This document shows, in pieces, positions 58,870 to 64,000 of a DNA stretch of 64,000 nucleotides. The notes under the pieces are model-generated. The model was not told the origin of the DNA. It saw nothing but the letters and a program-made list of their open reading frames with translations, and did not search any database. The position numbers and the translations under genes are program-made. The stretch is from assembly GCA_000002435.2 (NCBI GenBank), contig CM018792.1. One strand, 5' to 3'. Within the stretch, counting starts at the first letter, position 1, and each line of letters begins with the position of its first letter. The stretch is from Giardia intestinalis (taxonomy: Eukaryota).

Positions 58870-59775
58870 ATGAAGAAGTCCGAAGCTCTAGTGCCCACCC
58901 TGCACTGGTGCCCAGCCGGCTACAACCCCACAATTGAAGTCATCTCTCATTGGGCACTTGCCACACAAGGCAAGAAGAGCAGAGGGGATCCAGGGCGTAC
59001 AATCCGTGTTTGGTGCGCTATCTGGATGATCTGTAAACAATACCGTGAATCGCAAGCTTACCAGTACACGCGTTTCCTTTGTGACCATGGAATAAAAATG
59101 TCGTCTACAGATTATTCAGGTCAATTCCTTCAGGAGCACGACTGCGCCCCACCCCTCATGTCTGAGAAGAACACCGACGATGAGTATACGAGCGAAGACA
59201 GTCCCACCGAGTCTTCAGAGATGGATGGTGAAGATGGCGTGGACGAGGACGGCGTCACTGAGCTCATGAAGGCGGCCAGACGAAACGACGTAGATGCAGT
59301 GAAGCGCTATATTCCTCAGCAGGCGGGAATGGTGGCGAAGTTTTTCAGGGCAAGGATGGTAGATATACACGGGGGGACGGCCCTGATGGTCGCCGCGGTG
59401 CTTGGACACGCTGAGGTGGTGAAGCTGCTGATGAAGCACGAGAGCCGCATGAGGAGCAGCAATGAGTACACGGCCCTCATGTGGGCGACAGCCAACGAGC
59501 GTATCGAGGTTGTGAGGCTACTCCTGGATGCTGAGGGCTGCATGGAGAGGGACAGGGGCTTTACTGCCCTCACAATTGCAGCATACTTTGGTTGTTTGGA
59601 CTGTGTCAAAGTGCTGTTGGAGAAGGAGAAGTACATAAGCAGCAGGTCTGCTCTTTGCGTAGCTGATATGAATGGTCACCCCGAGGTGGTGTCTCTTCTC
59701 AAGAGTGAAGGCGTTGGACTGGAGGAGCCCCGTCTACGGATGCCGCCCAGAAAGCCCGTGAGTGAACGCGCCTAA
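58870..59775 (+). CDS. Ankyrin-repeat protein (Giardia 'protein 21.1'-like)
   Basis: At least four ANK repeats: GGTALMVAAVLGHAEVVKLLMKH, NEYTALMWATANERIEVVRLLLDAEG, GFTALTIAAYFGCLDCVKVLLEK, MNGHPEVVSLLKSEG. The true ATG may be internal. Confidence 0.6.
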   Translation: MKKSEALVPTLHWCPAGYNPTIEVISHWALATQGKKSRGDPGRTIRVWCAIWMICKQYRESQAYQYTRFLCDHGIKMSSTDYSGQFLQEHDCAPPLMSEKNTDDEYTSEDSPTESSEMDGEDGVDEDGVTELMKAARRNDVDAVKRYIPQQAGMVAKFFRARMVDIHGGTALMVAAVLGHAEVVKLLMKHESRMRSSNEYTALMWATANERIEVVRLLLDAEGCMERDRGFTALTIAAYFGCLDCVKVLLEKEKYISSRSALCVADMNGHPEVVSLLKSEGVGLEEPRLRMPPRKPVSERA

Positions 59776-60077
59776 CTGTTGATTGCATCCGACGATGGAC
59801 TAGAATCTCCCTCAGCTGTGCAGCAAACAGACACCTCAATGAAGTGGTGGCTGTCAGTGGATCACGCAGCTGCCCGTTTCCGCAGAGGCCAGGGAGAGCA
59901 GGCCTCCTTGCCCCTGGCCAGCACTGGAACGCCGGTGGGTGAAACGGTCGCACGGGTGGCCTTCTCGCTCCTGATGCAGTAGTCCTCCGCAAGCATTGGT
60001 CACTACAGATCTGTAGACATAAACCTCTGTGGAAACAGATCGTTTCCAAAACGGTAGATTACCAAAATAATACCAGG

Positions 60078-61374
60078 ATGGACACTGCCTTGTCTGGGTC
60101 TGCAACAACAGCTGTCAGTGTCCCACCGTTCACCCCTAGGGAGGTTCATGAGCGGTTAGGTGATGTGCTTAATGAAAACACCATGGGGACAGTCTACTCT
60201 CTCAAAGCTATCTGGGCCTCGCTGTAAAGGTCATTCAGCTTGGAGACCTGGACAAGGATGACGTGGAAATCATCAGACTAGAGCTGACCACCCTCCCCGA
60301 CCTCTCCAACCCAGGGGTTCTCAGGCACCACCAGGTGCTTACGGACGAGGGCTTCACCTACATCGTCATAGACCGCCACGACAAGACCCTCGAGCGCCTC
60401 CTTATAGAGCACAAACGAAGGAAGACTCTCATCCCTATCGCTGTGATCCTCTCCGCCATGAAGCAGGTCGCTGCCGCCCTCGCCTACCTCCACGGCCTCA
60501 GCGAGGTAAGTGCTAACAGGCTTGTCCACCGCGACCTCAGGCCTACCAGCATCCTTATCAGCGCAGACGGAGAGCGCTTCGTCATTGCTGATTTCGGCCT
60601 CTGTAAGGACGCCCTGTGGAGTGGGAGCACTCTCATGGGAATAATGGCGTACATGGCCCCCGAGGTGCTCCTCCGTAATGAGACCAGCCCTGCTTCCGAC
60701 GTGTGGAGCCTCGGGGTCATCCTCTACGAGATGGCCACTCTAAGGAAACCGGACTTCCTAGAAGGTAAAGACCCAGCAGAGGTCTTCGTGACGGGTGGAG
60801 GCCGGACCTGAGCGGTGTCACTGATGGCTTCATAAAGAGTGTTCTGGAGAGGATACTCGTGCTGGAGCCAGAGAGGAGGCCGATGGTCAGGGAGCTGCAC
60901 GAGACGCTCGCTACATTCGACATCCCAGTTAGTGAGCTGGGGCATCGGTGTGTGGCGCTAGAGGACAAGTGCAGCGCCTTGGAGACTGCGATGAGTAATA
61001 TTAATGACAGGATTGCTATTCTTGAGGCGGCCCTCGAGAGCAAGCCGACCAGGGACCGCGCCGAGCTCTGGATGCATCGATGGAGAGGAGCTCTTAGTAT
61101 GTTATCCACAACCAGCCATCGTCTCCGGACGGTCGAGAAGTGGGCGCAGCTTACCCATGAGACCTCTGAGCGCACCTGCAGGCGGGCCCAGCGATACAGC
61201 GACAGCAATGTACAGGAGTGCGCCCCGAACAATCACTCCACAAAGGTGCGTTCTGAGTCTGGCCCTCACCGATCCTGTTCCTATCGAAGCCAGGGGGAAC
61301 TGCGCTATCAGCCGACCTCTGGTGGGTGTGCTCCTATCTTGTCCTTCTCCAGTACAACTGATCAAGGAGAGTAA
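60078..61374 (+). pseudogene. Frameshifted NEK-like protein kinase, a paralogue of 50929..51855, with two -1 frame changes (near 60197-60227 and near 60793-60808)
   Basis: Segment 1 (frame 0, ATG 60078): ...VHERLGDVLNENTMGTVYSLKA then stop. Segment 2 (track ORF 60263..60811): ...LAVKVIQ...HRDLRPTSILI..DFGLCKD..APEVL..WSLGVILYE...AEVFVTGG then stop. Segment 3 (track ORF 60859..61374): GWRPDL...LVLEPERRPMVREL plus coiled coil. The joined sequence is collinear with the GC-rich kinase. Shift sites fall in a (CT)3 run and a GGG run. Confidence 0.5.
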
Positions 61375-61447
61375 GAGCGGCTGTCTCTCACTGCTCGCGG
61401 CAACACACCAGCCTGACGGAAGAGCAGTGGCACGTGTACTCCGGCTA

Positions 61448-63829
61448 ATGTTGGTAGGATTTCTCCTAGTTTGTGCAACCGTGCTGGCAAAGGACACCGG
61501 GAAGACCGCATGCGAGCTTTCCAACACAGAATGCGCCCAAAACCTGAAGGACGCGGGCTGCAAGACGTGCGTCGGGACGGAGCCTGACCAGACGTGCACT
61601 GAGTGTACAGATCCCTCCCACAATGTACAGATTGACAAGAAGAGTTGCGACGCCAACTGCCCGGAGCACGCCGCGGCCAACTCGAAAGTGTGCGGGTGCG
61701 TCGCTGGGTACCAGCCGACTCCCGGGCAGAACCAGTGCGAGCTTTCCAACACAGAATGCGCCCAAAACCTGAAGGACGCGGGCTGCAAGACGTGCGTCGG
61801 GACGGAGCCTGACCAGACGTGCACTGAGTGTACAGATCCCTCCCACAATGTACAGATTGACAAGAAGAGTTGCGACGCCAACTGCCCGGAGCACGCCGCG
61901 GCCAACTCGAAAGTGTGCGGGTGCGTCGCTGGGTACCAGCCGACTCCCGGGCAGAACCAGTGCGAGCTTTCCAACACAGAATGCGCCCAAAACCTGAAGG
62001 ACGCGGGCTGCAAGACGTGCGTCGGGACGGAGCCTGACCAGACGTGCACTGAGTGTACAGATCCCTCCCACAATGTACAGATTGACAAGAAGAGTTGCGA
62101 CGCCAACTGCCCGGAGCACGCCGCGGCCAACTCGAAAGTGTGCGGGTGCGTCGCTGGGTACCAGCCGACTCCCGGGCAGAACCAGTGCGAGCTTTCCAAC
62201 ACAGAATGCGCCCAAAACCTGAAGGACGCGGGCTGCAAGACGTGCGTCGGGACGGAGCCTGACCAGACGTGCACTGAGTGTACAGATCCCTCCCACAATG
62301 TACAGATTGACAAGAAGAGTTGCGACGCCAACTGCCCGGAGCACGCCGCGGCCAACTCGAAAGTGTGCGGGTGCGTCGCTGGGTACCAGCCGACTCCCGG
62401 GCAGAACCAGTGCGAGCTTTCCAACACAGAATGCGCCCAAAACCTGAAGGACGCGGGCTGCAAGACGTGCGTCGGGACGGAGCCTGACCAGACGTGCACT
62501 GAGTGTACAGATCCCTCCCACAATGTACAGATTGACAAGAAGAGTTGCGACGCCAACTGCCCGGAGCACGCCGCGGCCAACTCGAAAGTGTGCGGGTGCG
62601 TCGCTGGGTACCAGCCGACTCCCGGGCAGAACCAGTGCGAGCTTTCCAACACAGAATGCGCCCAAAACCTGAAGGACGCGGGCTGCAAGACGTGCGTCGG
62701 GACGGAGCCTGACCAGACGTGCACTGAGTGTACAGATCCCTCCCACAATGTACAGATTGACAAGAAGAGTTGCGACGCCAACTGCCCGGAGCACGCCGCG
62801 GCCAACTCGAAAGTGTGCGGGTGCGTCGCTGGGTACCAGCCGACTCCCGGGCAGAACCAGTGCGAGAAGGCCCCTAACACGCAGTGCAATACTCCCAACT
62901 GCAAGACCTGTGACAACCCCAAAACAGACAACGAAATCTGCACCGAATGTAATGATGGCAACTACCTCACCCCGACAAAGCAGTGCACGCAGAGCTGCGG
63001 AACAATAGGAAGCTACTATGATGGAGACAAAGCGTGCGAGCCTTGTGATCCTAGCTGTGCTGGGTGCACCACAAAGGGGCCAGCGAAGTGCACGCTGTGT
63101 CCTCCCGGGAAGAGGCTCCAGTACACCAATGATGATCCTAATCAAGGTGGATCTTGTGTAGATGAGTGCAAAGCAGAGATGGACGGGTGTGCAGAGTGTG
63201 GAGCGATAATCGGCGGTACGAAGTACTGTTCAAAATGCAAGGAAGATAAGTGGGCACCTCAGAATGGCGTGTGCGCTAATTCAGTAACAAGGAATTCATT
63301 CTGCACGAACGCAGCAGGTGGTGTATGCACTCAGTGTGCTGCAGATCATTTCCTTCAAGATGGCGGTTGCTACAAACTCGGCAGACAGCCTGGTGTCCAG
63401 ATATGTGCAGCGGCGGGTCCCAATAGCCTGTGTACTACGTGCGTAAATGGACAGAGACCAGATACCAATACTGGAGCCTGTCCTGTGTGTCCAACAGGCT
63501 GTGACACATGTACAGGGACATCCTCGCGGGCGCCCGAATGCCAATCTTGCCTTCTGGGATACTATTTCGATTCTGATAAAAAACTGTGTGTGAAATGTAC
63601 CGAGAATAGTAGTGCTATTCAAGGTGTTAGCAGCTGTGTGAGCTGCGCTCCTCCATCTAACAATCAAGGATCTGTCGTCTGCTACCTCATAAATGATAGC
63701 GGTAGCACAAACAAGAGTAGCGGGCTCTCCACGGGGGCCATAGCGGGGATCTCCGTTGCTGTGGTCGTTGTTGTGGGGGGTCTCGTAGGGTTCCTTTGCT
63801 GGTGGTTCCTCTGCCGGGGCAAGGCGTGA
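61448..63829 (+). CDS. Variant-specific surface protein (VSP, 793 aa) containing six perfect 75-aa tandem repeats
   Basis: Signal peptide MLVGFLLVCATVLA at ATG 61448 (the track ORF from 61004 is an upstream in-frame extension). CXXC-rich. C-terminus NKSSGLSTGAIAGISVAVVVVVGGLVGFLCWWFLCRGKA + TGA + CTTAGGTAGTGAAT. Confidence 0.9.
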   Translation: MLVGFLLVCATVLAKDTGKTACELSNTECAQNLKDAGCKTCVGTEPDQTCTECTDPSHNVQIDKKSCDANCPEHAAANSKVCGCVAGYQPTPGQNQCELSNTECAQNLKDAGCKTCVGTEPDQTCTECTDPSHNVQIDKKSCDANCPEHAAANSKVCGCVAGYQPTPGQNQCELSNTECAQNLKDAGCKTCVGTEPDQTCTECTDPSHNVQIDKKSCDANCPEHAAANSKVCGCVAGYQPTPGQNQCELSNTECAQNLKDAGCKTCVGTEPDQTCTECTDPSHNVQIDKKSCDANCPEHAAANSKVCGCVAGYQPTPGQNQCELSNTECAQNLKDAGCKTCVGTEPDQTCTECTDPSHNVQIDKKSCDANCPEHAAANSKVCGCVAGYQPTPGQNQCELSNTECAQNLKDAGCKTCVGTEPDQTCTECTDPSHNVQIDKKSCDANCPEHAAANSKVCGCVAGYQPTPGQNQCEKAPNTQCNTPNCKTCDNPKTDNEICTECNDGNYLTPTKQCTQSCGTIGSYYDGDKACEPCDPSCAGCTTKGPAKCTLCPPGKRLQYTNDDPNQGGSCVDECKAEMDGCAECGAIIGGTKYCSKCKEDKWAPQNGVCANSVTRNSFCTNAAGGVCTQCAADHFLQDGGCYKLGRQPGVQICAAAGPNSLCTTCVNGQRPDTNTGACPVCPTGCDTCTGTSSRAPECQSCLLGYYFDSDKKLCVKCTENSSAIQGVSSCVSCAPPSNNQGSVVCYLINDSGSTNKSSGLSTGAIAGISVAVVVVVGGLVGFLCWWFLCRGKA
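61511..62860 (+). repeat. Six perfect head-to-tail copies of a 225-bp (75-aa) coding repeat inside the VSP
   Basis: Unit CELSNTECAQNLKDAGCKTCVGTEPDQTCTECTDPSHNVQIDKKSCDANCPEHAAANSKVCGCVAGYQPTPGQNQ begins at 61511, 61736, 61961, 62186, 62411, 62636. The copies show no visible nucleotide divergence (minus-strand ORF translations are also perfectly periodic). Confidence 0.9.
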
Positions 63830-64000
63830 CTTAGGTAGTGAATGCTGTACAATGTGTGATAGAAGGTGATAGTGGGTGATAGTGTGATAATGGAGTGTGA
63901 TATGTACAGCAGCCAGTGATGGAGTGTGCACTGCTTGTAACACAGCTAACCAGTACATATTCCAGAACAAGGCTACGACAGTGACCCCTGGTGGGGAGTG
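63830..64000 (+). other. VSP junction module (3' motif + heptamer repeats) followed by the start of another 5'-truncated VSP cassette running off the right edge
   Basis: The sequence after 63829 is near-identical to junction 10991-11170 (..GGTGATAG.. repeats, then SVICTAASDGVCTACNTANQYIFQNKATTVTPGGEC). Confidence 0.7.

Noticed and set aside
61004-61447. Upstream in-frame extension of the repeat-containing VSP (track start 61004)
   Set aside because: Same reasoning: the sequence is Arg/Ser/Pro-rich and unlike any VSP. The true leader MLVGFLLVCATVLA starts at 61448.
61102-63145. Very long minus-strand ORFs (619 and 559 aa) with periodic translations inside the VSP repeat region, and identical antisense ORFs inside the VSP array (e.g. 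9452-9811 = 14993-15352)
   Set aside because: These are artefacts of perfectly repeated, stop-poor coding sequence read on the opposite strand. Their periodicity mirrors the sense-strand repeats. No start context or family signal.
1-64000. Prokaryotic interpretations (operons, RBS, CRISPR arrays, IS elements)
   Set aside because: The sequence is clearly from a eukaryote (Giardia). The regular 1.8-kb and 225-bp repeats are coding-gene duplications, not CRISPR repeats: they have no short fixed-length spacers, no cas genes, and protein-coding periodicity.

Overview
This is eukaryotic nuclear DNA, not prokaryotic. I identify it as Giardia intestinalis (lamblia/duodenalis). The evidence is: cysteine-rich CXXC/GGCY proteins ending in the hallmark VSP tail ...GLSTGAIAGISVAV...CRGKA; no introns; very short AT-rich initiator regions directly before ATGs; AGTRAAY polyadenylation signals 8-15 nt after stops; NEK-type kinases; an ankyrin (21.1-like) protein. 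The ORF track used bacterial-style alternative starts (GTG/TTG shown as M), so I re-anchored several starts to real ATGs. Layout: (1) a partial gene leaving the left edge; a NEK kinase; a tubulin-cofactor-B-like gene. (2) A 1.5-kb gap with a GC-rich island. (3) An 11.4-kb head-to-tail VSP array (5114-16531). One signal-peptide-bearing head VSP is followed by five 5'-truncated VSP cassettes, all in the same reading frame. Each cassette is separated by stop + conserved VSP 3' motif/polyA signal + a (GTGATAG)n-like heptamer microsatellite. (4) A compact housekeeping block: EEP-family nuclease/phosphatase, a Cys-repeat membrane protein, Derlin-like, several hypotheticals, a 2009-aa WD protein, a Rad54/SNF2-like protein with a degenerate P-loop, a TPR-like protein, a TFKP-repeat protein, a PI4-kinase, a kinesin-14, a RING coiled-coil protein, an EF-hand-like protein, UTP6-like, and a polytopic membrane protein. 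(5) An unusually GC-rich intact protein kinase. (6) A BPI/LBP-like secreted protein. (7) A 4.4-kb gene-poor GC-rich stretch. (8) An ankyrin-repeat gene. (9) A frameshifted paralogue of the GC-rich kinase. (10) A second VSP with six perfect 225-bp tandem repeats, followed by the same junction module and the start of another cassette at the right edge. The most interesting signal is the in-phase, mosaic VSP cassette array: evidence of gene conversion, and potentially a recombination or antisense/dsRNA reservoir for antigenic variation.
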